This document shows positions 21,863 to 30,025 of a DNA stretch of 64,000 bases, one piece after another; the stretch's first letter is position 1; the number at the start of each line of letters is the position of its first letter. The stretch lies in the NCBI GenBank assembly GCA_963749655.1, contig CAVVOB010000013.1, positions 1 to 64,000 of the forward strand. Direction: 5' to 3'. The position numbers and the translations under genes are program-made. The notes beneath the pieces were generated by a model that saw nothing but the letters and a program-made list of their open reading frames with translations, was not told the origin of the DNA and did not search any database. Origin of the DNA: Nitrospirota bacterium (GTDB taxonomy: Bacteria > Nitrospirota > UBA9217).

Positions 21863-21871
21863 GAACAGACA

Positions 21872-22168
21872 ATGATTGCCACGATCCTGAAATTTTCAAT
21901 CCAGCACCGCTGGGTAATGTTGTCGCTCACTTTGTTAATGGCGGGTCTTGGGGTCTATAACCTGTTACACCTGAATATTGACGCAGTGCCCGATATAACA
22001 AACATCCAGGTGCAGGTGACTGCCCAGGCTGCAGGTTTATCGGCATTGGAGATCGAGCAGCGTATCACGTTTCCTATTGAAACAGGTATGGCAGGTCTTC
22101 CACATCTGGTGAAAACCCGATCGATTTCACAGTACGGCATTGCCCTGATCACCACAATTTTTGAGGAT
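21872..22168 (+). CDS. czcA: CzcA/CusA heavy-metal RND pump, N-terminal part only (cut by the read junction)
   Basis: IDAVPDITNIQVQV and EIEQRITFPIETGMAGLP; ends abruptly at the adapter. Confidence 0.88.
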
Positions 22169-22215
22169 AGCAATACGTAGTTATGTGCCTGTTCTTCGTA
22201 AGAGTACGTATTGCT
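22169..22215. other. Oxford Nanopore ligation-adapter remnant (chimeric junction, technical artefact)
   Basis: AGCAATACGTA followed by CCTGTTCTTCGTAAGAGTACGTATTGCT, a noisy match to adapter CCTGTACTTCGTTCAGTTACGTATTGCT; both flanking genes are truncated exactly here. Confidence 0.92.
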
Positions 22216-22425
22216 CGTTCATGCGGGGCATGAAGTAGTCGGTGATCATCACATCGGAACAGGGACGGGTGTGAACGCAATTGTTATTATTGCCGGCGTA
22301 AGAACGGGGCGGATCACCGGTTCGGACAGCGTGAGCACGTCATAGTCCAGGGACGTGAAAAAAACCTGGAAGAGGTCCCGAAGGACCCGCTCGTCTTCAT
22401 AGATGATGACTCGTTTCTTTCGCAC
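22216..22425 (-). CDS. Response regulator receiver domain, truncated by the junction
   Basis: GTG start with GGGAG RBS; KKRVIIYEDE...DVMITDYFMPRMN, with one indel. Confidence 0.75.
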
Positions 22426-22499
22426 GTCCTACTCCCTGGAGGCTACCCTTGTATCGCAGCACGTTTGTCCCTGTTTTGATCCGAAATCCGCAATTCGCA

Positions 22500-22604
22500 A
22501 TCCCGCGACTTGGCATCCCCCGGCTCCTGCCGGGGGTGGAAAGCGCTCACTCGCGCGTGGCTCAAAGCCACGCAGCGCGAGTTCGCAGTCCCGGGAGGTC
22601 GCGT
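22500..22604 (+). repeat. ~105-bp structured repeat, copy 1
   Basis: Near-identical to 29581-29689 except for the central hairpin. Confidence 0.85.
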
Positions 22605-23075
22605 CAATTTAGTCCCGACAAGTCGGGATGCCGGAGGGGGCTCCACTGGATCTATGGACGATCGAATCGAACGCGGCTTCGCATAGGTTGAAAATAATGG
22701 TCCCTTTCATTCGTATAATATTTATACCACAGCTGTATGATTGTTTCATCGCCCGGGCAGGGGTATTTTTCGGGTATGAGCAAAATAGCGCATGCCGTAG
22801 GACAGAAAGTTGAGGAAAGTGTGCAGAATAATTTTCAGCGTCTGTTCTTTTTGAAGAAGAGAAAGAGGATACAAAAAAATAGCGACGCTGTAAATTCCAA
22901 CACGCACGTTTGATTCACTTCTCAGCCGCAAACCTCTTAAGGTAATTTCCCCTCTCCCGGAGCCTATTTGAGCAGACAGCTCCGCCTCGTGAAAATATTC
23001 TTCATGTATACTTTATAATAGAAAGTGATGCGCAGTGACCCTGTAATGCCTGCATTTGCCGAAAGGTGGAAAGCC

Positions 23076-23828
23076 ATGACACACGGGACAACGGAGGCGG
23101 AACCCGCCGGCGCTTCAGCTCAAGCCGACATCGTCTTCCTTGTTCGCGGCCTGACGAAAGTGTATGAAATGGGTGAGGTGAGGGTCGAGGCGCTGCGCGG
23201 CGTCGACTTCGATCTTATGCCCGGTGAACTCGTCGTTTTGCTGGGCCCGTCAGGAAGCGGGAAGTCCACACTCTTGAATATTCTGGGCGGAATCGATACG
23301 GCGAGCGGGGGCCGGGTGGCTTACTGCGGCAAGGACCTGACGGTCGCCACGGAGCGGGACCTCACCGAATACCGCCGCTTTCACGTCGGGTTCGTGTTTC
23401 AGTTCTATAACCTGATCCCGAGTCTTACAGCGCGGGAGAACGTCGCAGTTGTGACCGAGATCGCACGGAACCCCATGAAACCCGAGGACGCCCTTGCCGT
23501 CGTAGGTCTTGCAGAACGGCTCGATCATTTCCCTGCGCAGCTTTCGGGAGGGGAACAGCAGCGGATCGCCATTGCCCGCGCCATCTCGAAGAACCCCGCG
23601 GTCCTGCTCTGCGACGAGCCGACCGGCGCCCTCGATTCCCGGACCGGCGTGGTGGTGCTCGAAGCCCTGGAGCGGGTGAACCGCGAGCTCGGCACGGCCA
23701 CGGTGATCATCACTCACAACGTTGACATCGCCGGCATGGCGGACCGTGTGGTGCACCTCTCAAACGGCTTGATCGCCGAAGAAACGAGAAACGTGAGTCG
23801 GAAGCCGCCGCGGGAGTTGAAATGGTGA
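23076..23828 (+). CDS. ABC transporter ATP-binding protein (LolD/MacB-like)
   Basis: [32 protein letters not shown]. Confidence 0.95.
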   Translation: MTHGTTEAEPAGASAQADIVFLVRGLTKVYEMGEVRVEALRGVDFDLMPGELVVLLGPSGSGKSTLLNILGGIDTASGGRVAYCGKDLTVATERDLTEYRRFHVGFVFQFYNLIPSLTARENVAVVTEIARNPMKPEDALAVVGLAERLDHFPAQLSGGEQQRIAIARAISKNPAVLLCDEPTGALDSRTGVVVLEALERVNRELGTATVIITHNVDIAGMADRVVHLSNGLIAEETRNVSRKPPRELKW

Positions 23829-23839
23829 AGCATTTGTCA

Positions 23840-23996
23840 GCCACGAATTTACACGAATTTTCACGAATTATGATGTAGTCGTAAGAAGTCAAAATTTGTC
23901 ACAAAGGCGCAAAATGCACAAAGAGAGTCGTTGAAAAATTAATGATATTTGTTGATTTTTCTTTTTAATTCGTGTCCATTCGTGATAATTCGTGGC
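23840..23996. repeat. Intergenic tandem-decamer inverted repeat (CACGAAT x3 ... ATTCGTG x3) with nested insert
   Basis: GCCACGAATTTACACGAATTTTCACGAATT ... AATTCGTGTCCATTCGTGATAATTCGTGGC. Confidence 0.85.
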
Positions 23997-24026
23997 AAAA
24001 AGCTTTTCCGCGGTTGAGAGTCTATC

Positions 24027-26390
24027 GTGAAGGCTTTGGACAAAAAACTCTGGCGCGACCTGTGGCTGATGAAGGGTCAGGCTTTGGCCATCGTGCTTGT
24101 GATCGTAAGCGGGGTGGCCACCTTCGTCATGTTCATCAGCACCATGCACTCGCTCAACAAGACGCGAGACGCCTTCTATCGCAATTTTGCCTTTGCCGAA
24201 GTCTTCGGCACGCTCAAGCGAGCGCCGGAAAGTCTCAGGGAGCGGATCGCGGAGATTCCGGGTGTGAACCTCGTCGAGACGCGCGTGGCAGCGGACGTGA
24301 AGCTCGATATCAAGGAGTTCAACGAGCCGGTCTCGGCACGTCTCATGTCCGTTCCCGATAATGGGCGCCCGCTCCTCAACAAGCTCTACCTCCGGACCGG
24401 CAGGATGGTGGACCCCGCGAAGGACAACGAGGTGATCGTAAGCGAGGCCTTTGCCGAGGCCCAGGGATTCAAGCCCGGCGATTCCTTCGGCGCGGTTATC
24501 AACGGACGGTGGAAAACGCTCGTGATCACCGGCATCGCGCTCTCCCCGGAGTTCGTGCTGCAGGTGAAGCCCGGGGGCATCAGCCCGGATTTCAAGCGCT
24601 ACGGCATCCTCTGGATGAGCCGCGAGGCCGTGGGCAAGGCCTACGACATGGACGGGGCCTTTAATGATGTGGCGCTCACGCTGACGCCGGGAGCGAAGAT
24701 CGAAGACGTGATCACACGGCTCGATGCCGTCCTCGATCGCTACGGCGGGATCGGCAGCGTGGGCCGGAAGGACCAGATGTCGAACCGTTTTCTGAACGAG
24801 GAGTTTCGGCAGCTCGATCGTTTCGCCGACGTCTTTCCCGCGATCTTCATCGGCGTGGCGGCCTTTCTCCTGAATGTGGTCATCAGCCGCACCGTGAGCA
24901 CCCAGCGGGAGCAGATCGCCGCGCTCAAGGCCATCGGTTACAGCAATCTCGACGTGGGCATTCACTTCACGAAACTCGTGCTCTTTATCGTCGCCATCGG
25001 CGTCGCGGCCGGCACCGGCGCAGGGGTGTGGCTCGCTAGGGGACTGGGAAGGATATACATGGAGTTCTACCGCTTCCCCTATCTCGACATCGAGCTCAGG
25101 CCCTCGGTGATTTTCGCCGCGGCCGCGATCACTGCGGGCTCCGCCCTTCTGGGAACGCTTCGGGCCGTGCGCCAGGCCGCAATGCTTCCGCCTGCCCAGG
25201 CCATGCGGCCCGAGCCGCCGATGAGCTACCGGAAGACCATGCTCGAAAAGATAGGCCTGGAGCCGATCCTTTCGCAGCCCACGCGCATCATTCTCCGCAA
25301 CATCGAGCGGAAGCCGGTAAAGGCGCTTCTCTCGGTTGTCGGCATCTCCTTCGGGTGCGCGGTCATGATCGCGGCAAGGTTCTTCAACGATTCCGTGGAT
25401 TTCATGGTCGATGTGCAGTTTCGGCAGTCACAGCGCGAGGATATGACGATCACCTATCTCGAGCCCGCGGCGCGCAGGACGATCTACGAGCTCAAGGGCA
25501 TCAACGGTGTGGAGCGCGTTGAGCCCTTCCGCACGGTCCCGGCGCGGTTCCGTTTCGGGCACCGCACCTATCGGACTGTGGTCCAGAGCTTCGAGCCCGG
25601 AACCAGGCTTCACTCTCTTCTCGACACAAGGCTCAAGCCCATCGAGCTCCCGCCCACGGGGATCGTGCTGACTGATTATCTGGCTGATATGCTCGGCATC
25701 AAGATAGGAGACCTGCTTACCGTGGAAGTGCTTGAAGGGAACCGTCCCGAGCGGCAGGTCCCGGTCGTCAGCCTCGTGAAGCAGTATATCGGCGTCATGG
25801 GCTACATGGACCGGAGCGCGCTCAACCGCCTGATGCGCGAGGGAGACCTCGTGTCCGGCGCGTACCTGACCGTGGACAGCGCCGAGCAGTCGAAGGTCTA
25901 CCGGAAGCTGGTCGAGATGCCCCGCGTGGCCGGGACCGCGGTCCGGATGGACGAGATCAGGAATTTTTACGAGACCCAGGCCGAGTCCATGCTCTTTTTT
26001 ACTTTCATAGCCACGGTCCTCTCGGGCACCATCGCGTTCGGCGTCGTTTACAACAGCGCCCGGATCTCGCTCTCCGAGCGGAGCCGCGAGCTTGCGAGCC
26101 TCAGGGTGCTGGGCTATACTCGTGGTGAGATCTCTTACATCTTCCTTGGCGAGCTGGCGGTCCTGACCCTGGCGGCGCTGCCCCTGGGATTTTTCTTCGG
26201 CCGCGGGCTCTGCGCATATATCGTGACCGCAGTGCAGTCGGACCTCTTCCGGGTGCCGGTGGTGCTCGAAAACGAGACCTATGCCCTGGGCGCTGTCGTG
26301 GTCCTGCTGTCTGCATCGCTGTCCGGCCTGATTGTGCGCCACCGGTTGGACCATCTTGATCTGGTTGCGGTGCTGAAGACGAGAGAGTGA
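24027..26390 (+). CDS. ABC transporter permease, duplicated FtsX/MacB type
   Basis: Two periplasmic+FtsX halves; QREQIAALKAIGYS and ERSRELASLRVLGYT. Confidence 0.93.
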   Translation: MKALDKKLWRDLWLMKGQALAIVLVIVSGVATFVMFISTMHSLNKTRDAFYRNFAFAEVFGTLKRAPESLRERIAEIPGVNLVETRVAADVKLDIKEFNEPVSARLMSVPDNGRPLLNKLYLRTGRMVDPAKDNEVIVSEAFAEAQGFKPGDSFGAVINGRWKTLVITGIALSPEFVLQVKPGGISPDFKRYGILWMSREAVGKAYDMDGAFNDVALTLTPGAKIEDVITRLDAVLDRYGGIGSVGRKDQMSNRFLNEEFRQLDRFADVFPAIFIGVAAFLLNVVISRTVSTQREQIAALKAIGYSNLDVGIHFTKLVLFIVAIGVAAGTGAGVWLARGLGRIYMEFYRFPYLDIELRPSVIFAAAAITAGSALLGTLRAVRQAAMLPPAQAMRPEPPMSYRKTMLEKIGLEPILSQPTRIILRNIERKPVKALLSVVGISFGCAVMIAARFFNDSVDFMVDVQFRQSQREDMTITYLEPAARRTIYELKGINGVERVEPFRTVPARFRFGHRTYRTVVQSFEPGTRLHSLLDTRLKPIELPPTGIVLTDYLADMLGIKIGDLLTVEVLEGNRPERQVPVVSLVKQYIGVMGYMDRSALNRLMREGDLVSGAYLTVDSAEQSKVYRKLVEMPRVAGTAVRMDEIRNFYETQAESMLFFTFIATVLSGTIAFGVVYNSARISLSERSRELASLRVLGYTRGEISYIFLGELAVLTLAALPLGFFFGRGLCAYIVTAVQSDLFRVPVVLENETYALGAVVVLLSASLSGLIVRHRLDHLDLVAVLKTRE

Positions 26391-26412
26391 TGCAAGTGTG
26401 GAACTGTGGCAA

Positions 26413-26446
26413 AAATTCGGAATTCGGAATGCGGAGTGCGGAATTG
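26413..26446 (+). repeat. Heptamer tandem (AATTCGG/AATGCGG)
   Basis: AATTCGG AATTCGG AATGCGG AGTGCGG AATT. Confidence 0.65.
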
Positions 26447-26467
26447 GAAAGATCCAAGACGAGTTCA

Positions 26468-26558
26468 GCCACGAATTTACACGAATGGGCACGAATTAAA
26501 ACAAGAATAAGAACGTGCCTTGCTCTTTAATTCGTGAAAATTCGTGTCAATTCGTGGC
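26468..26558. repeat. Intergenic tandem-decamer inverted repeat, sister of 23840-23996
   Basis: GCCACGAATTTACACGAATGGGCACGAATT ... AATTCGTGAAAATTCGTGTCAATTCGTGGC. Confidence 0.85.
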
Positions 26559-26596
26559 AAACGACTGCGTTTGACGTTGTGAATCAGGGGTGATCT

Positions 26597-27796
26597 ATGA
26601 AAGCAGAGATGCGGAGAAGGATCCTCATCATTACCATCGGGACAATCGTCGCGCTCGGTCTTGTTTACGGGTTTCTGCCCAAGCCGGTTGCTGTCGACGT
26701 CACGGCGGCAAAGCGTGGACCAATGCGGGTCACCGTGGAGGAGGAGGGAAGGACGCGCGTGAAGGACCGCTTCGTGGTCTCGGCGCCGGTCCCCGGATAT
26801 CTCCGGCGCATTGGTCTCGAGGTGGGTGACGCGGTCAATAAGGGACGGCAGATCGCCACGCTGGAGCCGCTCCGTTCGACGGTCCTCGATCCCCGAAGCC
26901 GCGCCGAAGCCGAGGCTGCCGTTGCATCGGCAAAGGCGGCGCTCGCTGCGGCGAAAGAGAAGACGCGAGCGGCGGCAGCGGATGCGGAGTACGCCCGGGA
27001 ACGGAATGTCAGGATGAAGAAGCTCGCCGAAGGCGGTTTCATCTCTAAGGACGATCTCGAACAGTCGGATTCGGAGGCCAAGAAGGCCGAAGCCACGCGG
27101 CTCTCCGCGGAAGCGGCGGTGAACGCCGCCGCTGCAGACGTGGAGCGGGCAGAGAGCACGCTCCGCTATTCCGCTGCCGAACATTCCCCGGGCAATGAAA
27201 AGGCCGTGATCGTACGTGCGCCGGTCAGCGGCAGCGTGCTCAAGCTCCATCATGAGAGCGAAGGAGTGGTGAGCGCCGGCGAGCCCCTCCTCGATATCGG
27301 CAATCCCCGCAGTCTGGAGGTCAAGGCCGAAGTGCTCTCAACGGACACGGTCAAGATCAAGAAGGGAACATCCGTCGTCTTCGAGCGCTGGGGCGGCGAT
27401 AAGCCGCTCTCAGGCGTTGTGCGCGTCGTGGAGCCCGCGGGGTTCACGAAGGTCTCGAGCCTCGGTGTGGAGGAACAGCGTGTGCTCGTGATCGTCGACA
27501 TAACGTCTCCGCGAGAAGCCTGGCAGCGGCTCGGCGACGGCTACCGGCTCGACGCGAGTTTCATCACCTGGGAGGGGAACAACGTGCTCCAGGTCCCGGC
27601 CAGCGCGCTCTTCCGCAAGGGAGACGGCTGGGCGCTCTTTGTCGTGGAGCACAAGAGGGCGCGGATGAAAGCAGTCGAGATCGGGCAGCGAAACGGCCTG
27701 GCCGCGGAGATCGTCAAAGGCCTTGCAGAGGGCGAGCACGTCATTGTCCATCCCGGCGACACAGTGCGGGATGGGGTGCGCGTGCGGGCGCGATAG
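26597..27796 (+). CDS. HlyD/MacA-family periplasmic adaptor subunit
   Basis: N-terminal TM helix, VVSAPVPG lipoyl half, coiled coil, VRAPVSG, KVSSLGVEEQRV. Confidence 0.92.
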   Translation: MKAEMRRRILIITIGTIVALGLVYGFLPKPVAVDVTAAKRGPMRVTVEEEGRTRVKDRFVVSAPVPGYLRRIGLEVGDAVNKGRQIATLEPLRSTVLDPRSRAEAEAAVASAKAALAAAKEKTRAAAADAEYARERNVRMKKLAEGGFISKDDLEQSDSEAKKAEATRLSAEAAVNAAAADVERAESTLRYSAAEHSPGNEKAVIVRAPVSGSVLKLHHESEGVVSAGEPLLDIGNPRSLEVKAEVLSTDTVKIKKGTSVVFERWGGDKPLSGVVRVVEPAGFTKVSSLGVEEQRVLVIVDITSPREAWQRLGDGYRLDASFITWEGNNVLQVPASALFRKGDGWALFVVEHKRARMKAVEIGQRNGLAAEIVKGLAEGEHVIVHPGDTVRDGVRVRAR

Positions 27797-27840
27797 CTCC
27801 GGTCATGTGCGGTCCTTCGCTTCTCCTGCAGGGTTCCCAG

Positions 27841-27869
27841 TTGACACGACCGTTTATTAACGTTAATGT
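27841..27869 (+). promoter_or_regulatory. Sigma70 promoter TTGACA-17-TAATGT, probable leaderless transcript
   Basis: Consensus -35 and 17-nt spacer; -10 ends 7 nt before ATG 27876; no Shine-Dalgarno. Confidence 0.7.
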
Positions 27870-27875
27870 CCTTTC

Positions 27876-28625
27876 ATGTTCGATATCCAACTTGTGGACG
27901 TGACCTATGATTCTCCTGAATTCGATGCAGCCTACGACGTTATCGGTCTCGATATCCCTCCTGAATATCTCGAGACGCATGACTTTCTGAGAAACAGGCT
28001 GCGCGTACGGGACGCGGGGCCGGCATCGGAAAAGGAAAAGATCCTGCAGCAAGAGGGGTATACGCTTCATTTGATCGTAGCCAGGAGCAACGGCCAGGTC
28101 GTCGGTGCCATATACGGGCATCTGATATCGCAAATCGGGGCCGGGAATCACGGCATTGCTTTTGTCACCTACCTCTCCGTTCTGCGGGAGTATCGAAGAA
28201 GAGGGATCGGAACAGCGCTGATCGAAGAGCTCCTGGAAAGAGCGAATGAAGATTCGCTGCGCAGAACCGGACAGCCCGTCTTCGGCATGGTTTACGAGAT
28301 CGAGGAAGAAGGCAAAGAGGAAATCAAGGCAGCAGTGGGCAGGCTCGGCGCAAAGCCGCTGGATATTGTTTACCATCAGCCGGCCCTGCGAAAAGGGTAT
28401 GGACCGGAGCGCATGAACCTCTGGTTCCAGCCTGTTCCTGCCCTCGCACCGGATGAATCAGCTCATTTCGCTCTGTCCGTTTCCGTTGTTCGGGATATTG
28501 TGCGGAATATGTTGACGATGGAATATGTCGGGCCTGATATGAGCGGATTCGATCTGCTGAGCAAACCCTATACGGATTTTCAGGATTCCATCAAAGGCAG
28601 ACGGTCGATCGGCTTTCAGATGTGA
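27876..28625 (+). CDS. GNAT family N-acetyltransferase
   Basis: FVTYLSVLREYRRRGIGTALI acetyl-CoA motif A. Confidence 0.85.
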   Translation: MFDIQLVDVTYDSPEFDAAYDVIGLDIPPEYLETHDFLRNRLRVRDAGPASEKEKILQQEGYTLHLIVARSNGQVVGAIYGHLISQIGAGNHGIAFVTYLSVLREYRRRGIGTALIEELLERANEDSLRRTGQPVFGMVYEIEEEGKEEIKAAVGRLGAKPLDIVYHQPALRKGYGPERMNLWFQPVPALAPDESAHFALSVSVVRDIVRNMLTMEYVGPDMSGFDLLSKPYTDFQDSIKGRRSIGFQM

Positions 28626-28644
28626 TGGCGTGATGGCGGAATCT

Positions 28645-29520
28645 CTAGCTGCGGCAGGCCATGGCGCCGAGGATGTCCTCCATCCGGTTGATCGGCACTG
28701 AAACATGCCCTTCGTCAGAATAGAACCGCGCTTCGCAGTCAGGGAGTCGTCCCGCAATGTGCCTTCCGATGGCAGGAGGAATCACGCGGTCAAGACCTCC
28801 GTGCCAGAGGTGGACCTTCATCGGGATATCCTGGAGCCTGAAACCCCAGGGGCTGGTGAATATACGCAGGTCCTGTTCAACGCCGCTATGGCCGTACCGG
28901 ACCGATTCGCAATGAGAGTCCCACAGCATGCCTTTGAGCTCCGTTTGTGCCAGGAGGAGCCGGTCCGGCAGGGGTGCGGTCCGGTCGAGGAGCGAAAGGA
29001 CTCGCCGGGGGTGGCGGCTGATGCAGCGCGCAGTGAGTTCATAAGGCCGATCAAGCAGGCGGGGCGTACGTTTGTGCAACAAAAAAGCGGTTCGTGCAGC
29101 GCGGAGGATTCCCCTGGCCGTTTCCGGCGTATCGACCGGCCCCACGCTGCTGACTAATCCGACGGCGGACAGACGCTGCGGGATCAAGAACGCGCAAGCG
29201 GCTGCATAGGGTCCTCCGCCGGAGTGACCCATCAGGGAGAAACGGTCCAGCCCCAGACCGTCTGCAAGCTCCGCGACGTCCGAAGGCCAGTCGAGCAGCG
29301 TTCGCCCGGGTTTTGGAGTAGAGATCCCGACGCCGGGCCGGTCCACGGCGATGATCCTGACCCCGAGCCGTTGTGCCACCGCATCCATGACGCGGCCTTC
29401 CAGACGCGATCCGGGAAAGCCCGGAAAGTAGAACTCCGGCCAGCCCGAAAGATCGCCGTACTCGGCATACCCGAGGGCCCGGCCATCCGAAAGTCTGTAT
29501 TGTTTGCCCTTGAGGATCAT
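28645..29520 (-). CDS. Alpha/beta fold hydrolase
   Basis: DGRALGYAEYGD, DRPGVGIS, GHSGGGPY nucleophile elbow, DEGH. Confidence 0.92.
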   Translation of the reverse strand: MILKGKQYRLSDGRALGYAEYGDLSGWPEFYFPGFPGSRLEGRVMDAVAQRLGVRIIAVDRPGVGISTPKPGRTLLDWPSDVAELADGLGLDRFSLMGHSGGGPYAAACAFLIPQRLSAVGLVSSVGPVDTPETARGILRAARTAFLLHKRTPRLLDRPYELTARCISRHPRRVLSLLDRTAPLPDRLLLAQTELKGMLWDSHCESVRYGHSGVEQDLRIFTSPWGFRLQDIPMKVHLWHGGLDRVIPPAIGRHIAGRLPDCEARFYSDEGHVSVPINRMEDILGAMACRS

Positions 29521-29580
29521 GTGTTTGAGGGACAGGGGCTGCAATCCTGTAAGACACACCCGACACTTCAATCGGTCGCT

Positions 29581-29689
29581 ATCCCGCGCCTTGGCATCTC
29601 CCGGCTCCTGCCGGGGGTGGAAAGCGCTCACTCGCGCGTGACACGAACGTGTCGCGCATGCGCGAGTTCGCAGTTCCGGGAGGTCGCGT
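29581..29689 (+). repeat. ~109-bp structured repeat, copy 2, followed by an extra CCTCCGGC-TCCT-GCCGGAGG hairpin at ~29702-29721
   Basis: Near-identical to 22500-22604. Confidence 0.85.
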
Positions 29690-29944
29690 TGTTCGAGTGA
29701 GCCTCCGGCTCCTGCCGGAGGTTAAGGACCGGCGGACAAAACCGTCGTACAGAGGCCATTCGTAAAACGAACTATGTCAATATGAATAACAGCGGAGGAT
29801 CAACAGACGGCGAGTGAAAGCCAGCGCGGTTACCCTATCAGATGCGGTCCGACGTGTCAAGCCGCAAATCGATGAGTGGATGCCGATCGGGAGCCGAAAT
29901 CATGCCATGCCGCACTCCGGTTGATCGTGCGAACCTGTTTTTGA

Positions 29945-29973
29945 TTGACATTTCGCGGCCATGGGGCTAATAT
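29945..29973 (+). promoter_or_regulatory. Sigma70 promoter TTGACA-17-TAATAT
   Basis: Consensus -35, 17-nt spacer and near-consensus -10 upstream of ATG 30026. Confidence 0.7.
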
Positions 29974-30025
29974 TTCAATCTGTATCTTCACTGCAAATAG
30001 AGAGAAAACACAGGGTTTTCAAGAG

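Noticed and set aside
22169-22215. Inverted repeat read as a transposon end or terminator
   Set aside because: Better explained as back-to-back Nanopore adapter sequence
22500-22604. Known riboswitch (c-di-GMP, SAM, cobalamin, TPP)
   Set aside because: No consensus motifs recognised, and the wobble pattern favours the strand opposite the downstream gene
28645-29631. Long N-terminal extension of the hydrolase in the ORF track
   Set aside because: The extension reads through the repeat at 29581-29689; ATG 29520 fits the family start
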